Shown here one piece after another: positions 30,880 to 45,759 of a DNA stretch of 64,000 nt. The DNA is from the human T2T-CHM13v2.0 reference genome, Homo sapiens. The position numbers and the translations under genes are program-made. Positions within the stretch are counted from its first letter, which is position 1, and each line of letters opens with the position of its first letter. Where the stretch lies: NCBI RefSeq assembly GCF_009914755.1, contig NC_060937.1, one strand, 5' to 3'. Under the pieces are notes generated by a model. It saw only the letters and a list, made by a program, of their open reading frames with translations. It did no database searches and had not been told where the DNA came from.

Positions 30880-32210
30880 GTATTTTATTTGTTAGGATGC
30901 TGCAGTTAACAAAAAAACCCACATCATGTTGGCGAAGCACCTGGAGACAGGGCCAGCTCTGACTCACTTCCCTCTGCGATTCCCAAGTCCCTGCTCTCCC
31001 GCATGAGTGCTATCCTTAGCAAAGTGCCTGAATCAATTCCAGGTGTCACATCCAGGCAGCAGACAGAAAAAGGGTTCTCTCTTGCTGTGCACCAAATGCA
31101 GTCCCCCATGGCACCTCCACTTACCTCTGATTGGCTGGAACTGGGTCACATCTCACCTCTGAACTAATTGCTAATGGCAAGGGGAAAGGAATCCTCATAA
31201 GCAATTTATTAAACTAATTAGTATGTACTTGCTAAAGCCAGGAATAGAGTCAGCATTCCCTAAGCACATGACTTGGAGAGAAGGAGTGGATACCTAAACC
31301 AAATCAGGGTTCGGTTAGGAAGGAGGAAAGGGGAAATGGATGTTGGGTAGTCTTGCACCTCTTCCTAGAATTATATAGAATGACTACTATAACTAATCAA
31401 AAATGAGTGATTACGGATTAGATGGTAGGAACATATTAATAGTATATATAGACTAACAAGCTGTGGCAAATGTCAGAAATGCAGTGGCTCAAATAACATC
31501 AAAGTTTATTTCTCTCTCACCAGTAACAGTTCAGAGGTATGTGGTCCTAAGCTGGTGGGGTGCCTCTAATATAGCTTAAATATTAGAGTTGTAAAGTTGT
31601 AATAACAAATAAGTCCCCCAAATTCAGGGACTTAGGGAACAAAGACATTTCTCTCTTATATCCCAGTCCAAGGAAAGCTGCTGAAGTGAGTATCTCTGTT
31701 GCATGGGACCATTCAAGGGCCCAGGTTCCTCCCATGTTGTTGCTCTGCCATTTCTCCCCCCCAGGGAATTGTCTTTGCTTGGGCTAAAACTGGGTCACCA
31801 CTTCCAGGTTCCAGCTAGAAAGTGGAAAAGGAGAACATGAAGGAGATAGACCAGTTTATAAAGGCCTAGGCCAAAGTGGCACCCGTGACCATTGCTCGCA
31901 TTTCATTGGCAAGATCTTAGTGACATGGGGGCTTCAAACTTCAAATAGCCTGGGATATGTAGTCTCACAGGGCAGTTTTCAGTGTTGCTTGAGTCGTCCC
32001 TATTTCTGGTCAGTAGAAAGAAATAGGACCAGGTGTCTTTAAGAGGATGAATCTTAAGTTGCATCCCTCATTTCCGCTCATGTCCTGTTGGCCTAAAGTT
32101 GTTCACATGGCCAGATGCTAGGGAGGTCAGGAAATAGAGTTTGTAGCTGGGAGGGTAAGTACTGGGAGAAAGAATGGATTATGGTAGACCATTAGCTGTT
32201 TCTCTCACAC
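30880..32210. mobile_element. Cluster of old MLT1-type (J/K-like) MaLR LTR fragments
   Basis: tctgattggctggaactgggtcacat; cagtggctcaaataacatcaaagtttatttctctctcac; catttcattggcaagatcttagtgacatgg. Confidence 0.55.
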
Positions 32211-32548
32211 AAAAATTTCTCTCTGCTCTGCATAGGATCTTTCTATCTGGAGACCTGACTTATTAAATGTTAAAGAAAATTTTATCTAATGCCTAAAGCT
32301 GGTAATTCCTCATCATTGTTTGGCTGAATTTGGTAACTTGCCATTCTTCTACCATAGGAAAGACTGATATTAATAGTAAAGCAATATTACTTTTTTGTAA
32401 TAGACATTACAAAAAAAAGTTCCAAAATGCTTTTTATAAAATATATGAACTTGGCCTTCTAAAACAACTTGTATAGTTGTATCATGTGTTTATGTACATA
32501 CATATGTATGTATGTATGTATGTATGTGTAGTTTTAAACCTTTATGAC

Positions 32549-32948
32549 TGTCTTAGTCTGTTTAGTGCTGCTATAATAGAATACCTGAGATTGGATAATT
32601 TATAATGAACAGAAATTGACTGGCTCACAGTTCCAGAGGCTGGGAAGTCCAGTATCAAGGGGCTGGCATCTTGTAAGGACCTTCTTGCTGTGACATCCCA
32701 TGGCTGAAGGCAGAAGGGCAAGAGAGGGCCAGAGAGAGAGAGAGAGAGGAAATGAGAGCAAGTGCACGAGGGGGTTAAACTCGTCCTTTTACAAGGAACC
32801 CCCTCTATGATAACAACATTAATCCATTCATGAGGGCAGAGCCCCTGTGACCCAGACACCTCTCATTAGGCCCCACCTCCCAACACCACCACACTGGGGA
32901 TCAAGTTTTCAACACATGAACTGTGGGAGATACATTCAAACCATAGCA
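32549..32948 (-). mobile_element. MSTB-like MaLR solo LTR
   Basis: tgtcttagtctgtttagtgctgctataa...cattcaaaccatagca; TSD atgac/gtgac. Confidence 0.88.
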
Positions 32949-33476
32949 GTGACCTAAAATTGTATGTTTGATTTTTTTTAAAAGGCATCCTTTTGGAGAT
33001 GAGTAGTGAATTATCTTCTCAAAGTCTGTTTAGACTTTGATTCTGCTACTTTGATGTGGACTTCTGCTTTCTTATCTGGAAAAGTATTGTCTGAGTTGTC
33101 ATAGGATGTTGTCCTAAACTTTGATGTTTATTCTTCCACATGCTAGCTCAGGTTTTCTTTGGTCATGCCTACAAACTAGTAAGCTTTATAAGTAGATAAG
33201 GAGATTAAACAAACCTTTTATATGTAGGTAAATGAAATTAGGTGTCAGAAATCCTTTCTAGATCTTAAATATGGCCTTCGATATATGGTTAGCTCCCTGC
33301 AAGCAGGCATTTTTCTTTGTTTTGTTTACTGCTATATCTCCAGCACTCTCAGCACTTCCTGGCATGCAGTAGGCACTCAGTAACTATGTTTAATTAATGA
33401 ATAGATCTGTGAAAACAATGTATTTCATATGTGAATAATTAAACCTGATTTTTACCTTGGAACTTAAGGAATGTGG

Positions 33477-33937
<461 letters not shown>

Positions 33938-34240
33938 TGAGAGTAACATGTGATATGGCCTCACATCCAGGACGTAGGAAAAGAAATGCTTCACTTCATC
34001 CCAACAATGAAAAAAGTCTACTCTTTTCAAGACAGCTATTCTCAAGTAGAGTGGCATGTGGGTAGGATGAAGAAATAAAGTAATTTGGATGCTGGAATGA
34101 CTTTTGGGGTTAGGGAGATAAAGTTAGACTATCTTCTAAAGATTGAGTGGATAAACTTAACCTGTTTTATGATTTACCTTCTCCTCATACTGTAATACAG
34201 ATTTCAGAATTCATATACCACTGAAAATATTGAAAAAAGA

Positions 34241-34553
<313 letters not shown>

Positions 34554-36679
34554 TCACACTCCTGTGTGAATCTATTGCAATTTACAAATATGGCTCTGTG
34601 AGGACTGACAACATAGAATTGCAAATGAGTGAGCTCTGCTTGAGTGACATTTGGAGGAGCGGTTATTTAAGTCCAGCATTTAAGGGTGAGTCACGAGAGG
34701 AAAGGTCCAGGGCGGGGGTGTGCATTCTGCACCTGCAGAAAGCCACCCATATGAAGAACCCAAGGTGGGAGGAAGATGAGTGTTTTGTTTGGCCAATGGC
34801 AGGTAGACCAGAATGCCAGGAGCAGACACTGCAGGCAGTGGGGAGTGGGGATAGAAGTGATGTTTCAAGAGGGTGAAGCTGTGAAGATGAAACCAGTGGG
34901 AGGCCTTCCATGCCGAATTAAAGGGCTTTGCCTTGTTCTGTAGTTGATGAACAACCAATAAAGATTTTGAGCAGGGAAGTGACCAGATGAGATCTGCCTT
35001 AAGGAAACAATTCTGGAGGCAGGGAGGGAGTATGGAGGATTAATTAGACAGGGGGCTAGTTCAGTGTAAGGAAATACATCTGTTTTTCCTGTTTCTGTCC
35101 ATGTGATTGTCTTGTGAACAGTGGGGGACTTTTGTGGGACTGTGGTGTTCAGTTGAGGCCTGCCCGGGTAAGGCAGCCCCGCTGTGAGTACAGGAACAAG
35201 AACTGCAAGGACAGATCGTAGACAGGCAAGCAGGAGGGCTCGGCTTCTTAGCTTTGGTGTGGAGACCTTGAGTGTGCTGTCTCTCTGAGCTTGTGCTCCT
35301 TGGCCTTTGGGGACCCCTGGTATGCCCCTGATGGGGGAGCTGAGACAGAAGGGTCCTAGAGTCTCTCTTTGGGCTCAGAGGCATGGAGGACAAAAGGGAT
35401 TTTGTCCTATTGTCTAAAATGGTACTTTCTGTCTACTTCCCTTTTATTAGTGCCAACCTTTAGAAAAGTCTTGTTTGAGTGTTCTGTGTCACCTCTGCTT
35501 TATTACGAGTCCTTAAAAGAAGAGTCATTTTTCACACTCGGGCCAAACTTCAAGAGGAATCAAATGAAGAGTTAGTGTTGTGACAGGCAGGTGGTGGTTC
35601 TGGCCCTGCTCACCATCAGGAGGTTCTTTCTGGTGTGCTGGTCTTGGAAGCATTTCTTCATAGGGGGTCATTGTTATAGTCTAGGCAAGAATAATAAAAT
35701 CACAAGCATTAGGTCACTGGGCACAGGAGCAAAAAGGAAGACCAGTTTTCAGAAACCTTTTGATTGGCAGATTAATTTAAGGGTGAGGGAAAATAAATTT
35801 AAGGGTGAGGGAAAATAAAAGATAGGTTGGGAGTTCTGGGGTTCCTAAGCAGTGCTTAGGAAAATACACTGCTGCTAGCAGGTGAGGTCATAGGAAGAGG
35901 AGCAGAATTGCCACGGGAAGGTGCTGAATTCATTTGGAATTCCGTATAGAGTGACTTTTACCCAGTGCCGTGTAGTTAGCTGCTGGCAATTTTGGAATTA
36001 GAATCTAGGTTTTCTGAAGCCAGGCCAGTGTCTTTTCTATTAAACTAAGACATGTGTTACGTGAAATAAAATGTACTTGAGTTTCAGGTGGTGACGGCAT
36101 CTCTAAGTGGAGATGTCAGGCAGGCAGTTGTAAATGGAGCTGGAGTGAAAATGAGAATAAATACAGAAATTTATTTTAGGAGTTATGTATATATTTAGAG
36201 GAGATAATTGGAACTATGGGAAGAAGTTCATTCAGAGAGATTTGGCACATAGGCTGTAATTGGAAATAGCCAAGGGGTAGATTTCCTGAAAAGGAGGGAG
36301 TGGAAGCTATAATGCATGCAGTAAGGCTGAAGGAAAGGAAAGGAAAGGACAGAGGCAGCGAGAGGATTCTAATTTTTTAAAGCGGTTTTGTCATAATGGA
36401 GAGGAAGGCATAGCTTGGAAGCTGGGACATAATCAAGAGGTGGAAAAAGTTGTTATTTTTAAAAATAAGATATGCCAACGGGAAGGAATGGATGGAGAGA
36501 GAACGATTAGAGATGAAAGACAGAGGGACTAGTTCAATTTAGTTTAACAAACAAATTGTAAGTACCACTGAGGTGATAGGCATAGTGCTGGGTGCTAAGG
36601 AGACAAAGATGAAGTAAACATGAATCTGACTTGGGGACATTTACTGTCTAATAAAGGACAGGAACGAGAGTAACACAAG

Positions 36680-36900
36680 ACCAGCTGGTATTTACTGAGC
36701 ACCGTGTGTCAGGAACCATTGCAGATACTTTACATGCATTGACTCACTGAGTCCTCACAACACCCCTATGGCTTAGTTATTGTTATTATCCATAAAGAAG
36801 CAGAAACTCAGTCACAGAAACGTTAAGTAATTTGTTCAAAGTCTTTAACAACTAGTCAGCCGTGGAGCCAAGGTTTGAACCCAGGCCGTACCTCTGCACC
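36680..36900. mobile_element. MIR SINE
   Basis: atttactgagcacc...gagtcctcacaacacccctatg...gaaactcag...ggagccaaggtttgaacccagg. Confidence 0.75.
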
Positions 36901-37121
36901 TCTGTGCATGATGGAGATGGACGATTACACCACAACGCAAAGGTGGAAATAAGAACAATAAACAGAAGTAGCCTAAGGGAGAGAGGGCTTAGATTTTTTT
37001 GGCAAATGATAGAGAAATATAGAAAGATCTCAAAGGAGGAATAAATGGAAGACAGGATGGATCCAGATGAAGGGATGCAAGAAAATGCTGTCAAGACCAA
37101 AGTAGAGAACCCATGTGCAGC

Positions 37122-37160
37122 TGTGCGTGCGTGTGTGTGCGTGTGTGTGTGTGTGTGTGT
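37122..37160. repeat. (TG)n microsatellite
   Basis: Directly visible. Confidence 0.95.
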
Positions 37161-38056
37161 CTGTTGCTGTTTTTTCTAGTAATTTGCACAGCCTTCATCT
37201 CTGACCATTTCTTGGTTCCATGCTAACCATTTCTTGGTTCCATGCTAATCACAGAGGACACTCACATTTGATTCTCTTCATTTCTGTGAACAGTTATTAA
37301 TAAGATATTTTTAAAAAATCTACTAGAACTGGGTTATCCTTTTTAGGGGTATCAGTCTGGTCCATCAAAATCATCATTGGAGTGGAGTTTATGATATTAA
37401 ATATAACATATATATGTGTATCTATCTATATCTATCTATCTATGTATCTAATCTGTCTACCCATCCAGAGAACTGACAGATTTCTAACTGATTTCTGATT
37501 TCCCATGTAGTTGGGACTCAGATATTCTTTGGGGAAAGAACTAGAGAATTTCAGAGGCAGATTATTGAAGATGCAGTTGAAATTCCAGAAAATAAGCAGA
37601 TCTTTTGCGTGAAATGCTGAGTAGCTCTTTCTGAGATAACTGTATGTGGTAGATGTGAGATTCCTGATTGTCTGTGGCTCAGCAGTCAGATGCCTGCACT
37701 TCACCCTGTTTCCCATCCCACCCTTGACCTTACCACTGACCCCCAGCTCCTCCTGCAGCCACAAACTGCATTCCAGGATAGGGGACATTGTAAGCGCAGC
37801 AGTCCTGTGAGACTCAGGTATGGTGTGAGGCTCTCTACTTTGCACATTAGTTATTAGTTAAAAAAACAAACGTGATGTCTAGTGGTTTATTTTAGACAAC
37901 ATCAGAATGTCCCCACATCAAAATAGTTGCATCATTGTGGCCATGGGGGAAAGTGGTTGGTTACATCAAAATGTCATGTGTGGGCAAAGGGATTATTCTT
38001 GGATGTGAGTAGGGGCATTTGATAAGGAAGAAGTAAATTCAGAATTTGAAGGATAA

Positions 38057-38094
38057 TCATTCATTCATTCATTCATTCATTCATTCATTCATTC
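38057..38094. repeat. (TCAT)n microsatellite
   Basis: Directly visible, ~9 units. Confidence 0.95.
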
Positions 38095-38234
38095 GTTGTT
38101 TTACCCATTTACAACACAGTTACACATACGACATTCAGGCATTTACCAGTTACGGGAAGGATTTGTGCAACTGAAGAAAAGCCCATCTGTGTTCACATTT
38201 GAGAAAGAAAATCCTAATCATTAGCATAGCACCA

Positions 38235-38250
38235 CACTGCCACCTTGTGG
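38235..38250 (-). promoter_or_regulatory. Candidate CTCF motif
   Basis: Reverse complement CCACAAGGTGGCAGTG, close match to the CTCF core. Confidence 0.5.
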
Positions 38251-38394
38251 TAATGCATGGTAGTTCATTATATTTTATGAAAAAACTGTTATGTCTGGTA
38301 TTTATACAGCATGTACATTTTGTACCTTCTGCATGTAACGGTACGTTATAAAGCCATATACTTTTACCTAATACTAATTTAAAAATACACTCAG

Positions 38395-38562
38395 TGGGGG
38401 GAGGAAGAGCATTAGGAAAAATAGCTAATACCTGCTGGGCTTAACACCTAGGTGATGGGTTGATAGGTGCAGCAAACCACTATGGCACATGTTTACCTAC
38501 GTAACAAACCTGCACATCCTGCACATGCACCCCGGAACTTAAAATAAAAATTAAAAAAAGAA
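38395..38562 (+). mobile_element. Short L1PA 3' end fragment
   Basis: ctaggtgatgggttgataggtgcagcaaaccac...ggaacttaaaataaaa; TSD-like aaaaataca. Confidence 0.88.
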
Positions 38563-38730
38563 AAATACATTTAGAAACTGCTCTAAAGAAGGTACATATA
38601 AAAAAAGGAGAGACAGCTTAATTTTAGAAATTAATAAATAAATGTTCACAAAATACAGTCTCGAGGTAATTACATCATTATAGATATTCTCGAGAAAATT
38701 ATAAGCCATTGCAAGGGACAAAGTACATTA

Positions 38731-39147
<417 letters not shown>

Positions 39148-39767
39148 TTATAGTATTTCAAACAAAATAATAAAGATATTTGAATATATCCAGAGGTGTT
39201 GGAATACTTCACTAGACAGGGGGAAGCTTGCTTCTGTGCATTTCTTGGGCATACATTCCCTCAATTAGGTCTCGCGGGGCAGACATAACCACTTCTCAGG
39301 TTTGCACAGGCTGCAGCATAACTGGCTTTTGACAGGCTGAATTTCTTCCTTTCTGGACAGGGAAAAGGGCACAGGAATTGTGGTGGAAAGCCATTTTTTT
39401 TATACCTGGGTTGAGCATGGCAGGATGGAATACTGCAGACAGACCCACTGAAGAGCGAGCGCTTCACTGGGCTTCACCCTGGCATGCCCTGCACAGAGAG
39501 TGAATGCTGCCAGCACACACTACACTGTGGCCAGACTACAGCTTTCTGTCACATGGATGTCTCAGACAACCAGAATCAGAACATGTGTGTGTTTTATATG
39601 TAAAAGTAAATGATTACTTCTAGTGAAATTAAAAACAAAAACAAAAGTCGTATATGGTTTTTGTGAATGAAAACAGACTATTGTACAAACCTCTAGAATA
39701 TTAAATGTCAAGGTTTTATGTAATGTTAAATGTCATTATAGTCAATGCATACCATCTAGCCTTGTGG

Positions 39768-39932
39768 CTTTTTTTTTTTTTTTTTTTGACTTAGTCTCGT
39801 TCTGTTGCCCAGGCTGGAGTGCAGTGGTGCAATCATAGCTCACTGCAGCCTTGACATCCTGGGCTCAAGCGATCCTCTGGCCTTGGCCTCCTGAGTAGGT
39901 GGGACTACAAGAGTGAGCCACGATGCCTGGCC
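39768..39932 (-). mobile_element. Free Alu monomer (FRAM-like)
   Basis: Single right-arm-type monomer with poly-T; TSD gtggcttt. Confidence 0.85.
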
Positions 39933-42409
39933 CCACGTGGCTTTGGAACTCTGTTTCACAGAGCCATAGAATTCCTCAGAGGCATCCCAGAATGGGGAGG
40001 CTGTGCTGCTTAGATTCTGGATGGCCTGTTCAAAGTGCCTGGTCACATGTATTTGGGAAAAGCTCAGATGATCCTGATACACCAAACTGCTTGAGAACAA
40101 CTACTCCTGGTGGCAGTTTATAAAAAGGGAAATGTTTTGTGATATTGTAAATGACAAATCACCCTCATCATCTGATTGCATTGTCATTAAATGTTGATCC
40201 CAGAAACATCCCTCACCGCCATTCTCCTGTAAGCGGGGACATCATTCTCTGAAGCTCCCCTTGTTCCCGCTGTAGTTCTTCCACCAGCATTTGCTTTCCT
40301 GGCGAGGTCAGCGAGACAGTGCGGGGATGGACATATCACAAAAGGGGGCATACAGCAGCTGGAGCCATTCTTCTCTGCCCGTGTCCAGAAATTTCCCAGC
40401 ACACAGGGTTGAGTCCAGTACCCATGCAGCTCTTATTCCCTCGTTGGAGGTCATATTCCAGTCTTCATCTGCAGTTGGATCTGGCTTTTGTTCGGATCAT
40501 AGTTGAGTGTAGCTTGGTTTCTTGTGGGTGGCTAGCCCTGAAGAGCTACAGTGAGCATGCTCAGTCATTAAACCTAAATTAGCTTCTGCTCCTACTCCTG
40601 GGTGGGGGCAGAGCTTCCTAAAAATGTGTTTTAGGAAGATTTTGACACCAGATTTTTAAAATGCACAGAGCCAGGTAAAAGTAAGTGGTTACACTTAATG
40701 ATATTAGTTAAAGGTGCATGGAAAAAGGAACAAAAGTGCTGAATTATACCTTTTTAAAGGGTTTATGCAAATTATTATATGTACAATAGTCTTTTAAGCC
40801 TGATAATTCCAATCACCAAAAGAGATTTTAGTATGTGTAGGTTCCTATGCCCTACTCTAAACCAATTGAATCAAAGTGCATTAATGTTTATAAAGGTCTC
40901 CAAGTAATGATCAGCCAGACTTTAGAGCAACTGGCTTATTTAATAGAGCTTAGTGTCATGTATGTATCCTTATTTAAATACAGAGTCTTACATTTACTTT
41001 TAAGAAAGTAGGAAATTCATGGTGGGACAAAATTCACAAGGGGAAAGGAGGATACCAGCACAAAGCCAAGAGTCTGGAGTCAAAAGGAGCTGATGGGAAA
41101 GTTTGGAGGCTGATACGAAAGCCAGGCTTGAAGCAGTTTCACAGGTGGCCGATGAAGGAGGTTGACAGATGGAATCAGAGCAAGATCAAATGACTTCCCT
41201 TCCAGACCCACGGGAGGAGGAGCAGTCATTGCTGAGATATGAGTTCCGGCATGGCTACGGGGAAAAATAGTTCTTATATGATAATCACATAAAAATATTT
41301 AGAAGGGCAAATAAAAGGAAAAAGCAATGTTATGATAGGAGACACAATATATTGAATATATTGTGGTGAAGATAGGCTTTAGGATGGGGTAAAACATGGG
41401 TCTGTGTGGTTTGTGTTTGGCCACCTTTGAAGCTAAATTATGCTAAGTTTAACTGCTGGATAAAATATGGAAGGATAGAAAATCTACTGTCTTTTAATTT
41501 CACTCTCTACAAATAGTAGTTCATTTACACATTTTGTAGGTATATCTCTTCTGTATACCCGTCCTCTCCACAAAGATAATATTAATGTGGACAAGATAGA
41601 TAGCTTCCCCTAATAACAATGAAATGGTAGTGGATAAAAGCAGAATGGCTTTTAATTTGGGGGAAAAAAGTCCAGAATAGACAACAGCTAATTGCTTATA
41701 TTTGCCACAGGGACAATTTGCAAGTGAGGAGATGACCCGCCACAAAATAGGCACCTCTGGCTAGAGTTCTTACAGTGCTGCTGGGTTCCTGCCAAGGGTC
41801 TGCCTGAAGAGCTCCTAAAGATAGGCTTCTGTGCAAGTTTCCCCCAAAAGCCATCTCAGCTACTTTATCGGAATGTCAGTGTTCATTCATTCATTTGTTC
41901 AGTATATCATTACTAAGAGCTATTATCTGTGCCAGGAACTCTGGTAAGCGCCAGGGCTCCAGTGGTGACTGAGGTGGACATGGCCTCTGCTCTCACTGAG
42001 CATGCAGGCTACTCAGGGAGACAGACATATTAGTTTGGGGCTTATTGAATTTTGAAGAGCCAGTGGCATCCAAGTGGAGTTATCCAGCAGCAATTCTAAT
42101 CATTTCCTAATTTTCACTGGTAAACAAGATAAGATCGGTGTTCTAAGAAGTAAAATAATATACATAGCTTGTTATAAACCATGCTCCATTATTATATTAA
42201 ATAAAATTTCATGATTGATTTTTGCTTTTATGCTTAAGATTTAGAAAACTTTAGACATTTTCTTTATGTGGTTAAATTAGGGTTTTGTGCAATAATTTAT
42301 CCAAATAGAAGCATTAGGCCCTTGTCCAGGATTGTCTCTTTATGTACTTTGTATCAGTTCCACTAAAAACACCTTTTTCCCCAAAGTGTGACCTACTCAA
42401 ATAGTACCT

Positions 42410-42610
42410 TACTTCTGATACTTCATAGCATTTCGGAGTTTACAGGAGATATTTGCTTATCATTTTGTTTCTTCCTGACAAGTCTGAGGAATACAGGGCA
42501 GGTGATGTTTATTTATTTACAGATGGGGAAACTTAGGTTCATAGATATGATTACTTATGTGAAGTCACAGAGCTAGTAAATGGTGGAGGCGGAAGTGGAA
42601 CCCAGCCTGG
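42410..42610. mobile_element. MIR SINE
   Basis: tttacagatggggaaacttaggttc...gtcacagagctagtaaatggtggag core. Confidence 0.7.
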
Positions 42611-42784
42611 GGCTCTTTTACAGGAGTCAGGTCTATTTTTGTTTTATGCTTCCTGCCAGTATAGTGACTTGCTGGAAAGAAAAATCGAATTGTCTTTTTC
42701 CACTGAATTCCTCCAGTTGTTATCAAAGAAAAAAAGTTTTAATCGTTTAATTTCTTACTTTTTGTTTCCTGATTCTTCAACAAA

Positions 42785-43460
42785 TTAGTTAACATGTATT
42801 AATTATTTTCTTCATATCAAATACTTGGCTATATGTGGGATAGAAAAATAAATGAGGTACAGTTTTTGTCACTGAGAAACTCAGTCCTATAGGAGAGACC
42901 CAGGCATTAAAAAAAATCCCTATGCAGCATGATTAATGCTATAAATAATGCATGAGCATAGAGCTGTGGGTATACCAAGGATGTGATAGTGGCCAGAGCT
43001 TTGAAGGAGGATGGGATGGGGTGGGAGGTTTAGAAGAGGCAGTGGAGGACGATATTGAGTAGAAGGCAGAGCTGGTGAAAAAGCTTGGACACAGGGAAGC
43101 ATGGTGTATTTGGGGATTACCAAGTACTTCTCTTTTACTTTACTATTAGGGGAACTTAGGAGGATTGCTGAAGATGGGGCTGTTAAGGAAGGTGGGGCAC
43201 TTGTGGACAAAAGAGTCTTGTATGACCAGCTAAGAGGTCTGGAATTATGCGGGTGATGGGTACACCTTGAACATATTGAACCAGAGTTTGGCAGTTTTTC
43301 AGAGATAATTTTGTCCACAGTGGAAGGAATGGACTAGTGGTGGGAAAAATTGATAGCATGGAGAGCACCTAGTAAACTATTGAGTCCAAGAGAATTAGAG
43401 GAGCCCAAATTAAGGCAATAGCAAGAGGAGTGGAAAGGGATGGATTTAAGGAACAAAAAC
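42785..43460 (-). mobile_element. L2 fragment
   Basis: Purine-rich L2 antisense pattern (taaatgctataaat...gagctttgaaggaggat...ggagagcacctag...gatggatttaagga). Confidence 0.55.
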
Positions 43461-45421
43461 TTTTCCATAATAAATAATGCTTAGGATGAGGACTGTTATG
43501 ATGATAATATCTTGACATGCCATGTTTTTAAAGAATTATATATTATTTTGAATCCATTGCCTCACATATCATCATAGCACATAGTGATATGCAGGCATTA
43601 TTTCCATTTCAGAGGTGTAAGTCTGTTAACTATAGAGGCTTAGTTTGACCATTAAAGATAGTCAGATAGATTCATGATGTTACAGGTTTTGTACAGACAC
43701 CCAAGAAAGCCTAACACAGCTTTCCTGGAATTTATATGACAAATGAATAAGGAAATATATAGGCCAAAGAAAAATTGTTTGAGAGGACACAATAGATAGT
43801 AGTTAGAAGAGACAGGAAAGAAGTGACACAAATAAAATGTAGAGTGTTGAAATCTCCCCTGATCCATCTCTCCCATGACGCCAAATTCCATTCCTTAGAT
43901 GAGAAGTGGAGGTCATGCTGGGACATGACTGGTAGAAGCTAGAGGTTCTTCTGGAATTCTTGAAGGCATCTGTAAAAGACATGCATCCTCACTGACCTTT
44001 GCACTTTACACACCTGTTTAACACTCCTCTAAAAGCCAGCATCGCATATGAAAGTGTATACCTACTGGATAAATCAGGCAGTGCCTGATTTTTCAAGGAT
44101 TCTTAGCTTTACAAAAGGCTCATCGAAGGGCTGTTTTTAAAGTTGCATTCTCCTTGGGGCATTAAAGTGGTTTTCCATCTAAGGAGCTTCCACTTGTGAC
44201 ACAGAGGCGTTTCTGAAAATTTAGGTGACATCCTGGAGCATCCATGTGTGTATATAATTTAAAAGAGAAATTACTTTTATTTTCTTTAAGCAAAGGGCAT
44301 GAAATGAGCAATTCTGCAGCTTTAAGACATTGGACTAAAAACAGTTACAGAAAGCCAGCTATATAAAAATTTATTCAACTTGTAATGCTTTTATTTTTGG
44401 AAAACGATTTTTCAAAGTCAGGTTCATTGATCTTTTTGCTTTTAATTTTTTTAAACTAGGTTATTGGATTCCAGTTGGAGTCTATATGGCTTTACTGATT
44501 TTCCATGAGGGTCAGGTAGTACTAAACCATTAACTGCCAGATTATATGACTAAATGGCAGTTAATACAAATGTTTCTAAGCCCTTTTTGGGAGGAGGGGG
44601 GAGTTAATGCCTCATCCTAGAATTTGTGAACAAAGTAAAACTAAAACATACTTGCTTTTAACAGATTCTTAACCATAACTCTGATTATAACTATTTCTTA
44701 TATTTGTTACTAACTTTGTTATTTTGGTTGAACATTAATATCGAATATAATAGCATGATTTTTAAAAAATGAATCTTTGTTTCTTCACTTGGTATACTCA
44801 TTATTTTGAAATATTTGGAGCCACTTGCTTTTTTCTTAACCACACTTTGATTGTATGATTATATTTGCTAGAGCTGTTACAAATTAATCACTTTTTGGTT
44901 ATGCTTGTTCTTTTATGAGAAGCGTCTGTTTAGCCGTACATAAACAGAAGTTTATTTTGAGGATTAACTTTCACGTGAATAACTGCCTCCCAGCTAAATC
45001 TTTTTAATCATATCTTTTAGAGGAAGGCAAGAATGTTTTTTCCTTTTCTTTTTTTTCTTCAAGAATTTAAAATTAGCTGTTTGTATATTGTAACATAGAG
45101 AGGTTTGTAGCTTCGTGAAGGCAAGGACTATATTTTATACATCTTTATATATACACCACAGCCTCACACATCACAGGAGATTAATACATGCTTATGTAAG
45201 ATTTGAAGAATGTAATAATTCTATAGAAAAAACATAAATTATTTGCTTTGAAAATGACTCTATAAGGAACATCTCTAAATGCACAATATTCTCATAAAAA
45301 ATCAGGATAGACATTTTCTGCCCCTCCAGAGGTATACCTTTGAGCGTTGTGTCCATTTTCATACACGTGAAAAGAAACAGCCTGAAATCTGCTGAACCCT
45401 GGAAACCATAAAGGCATTTCC

Positions 45422-45759
<338 letters not shown>

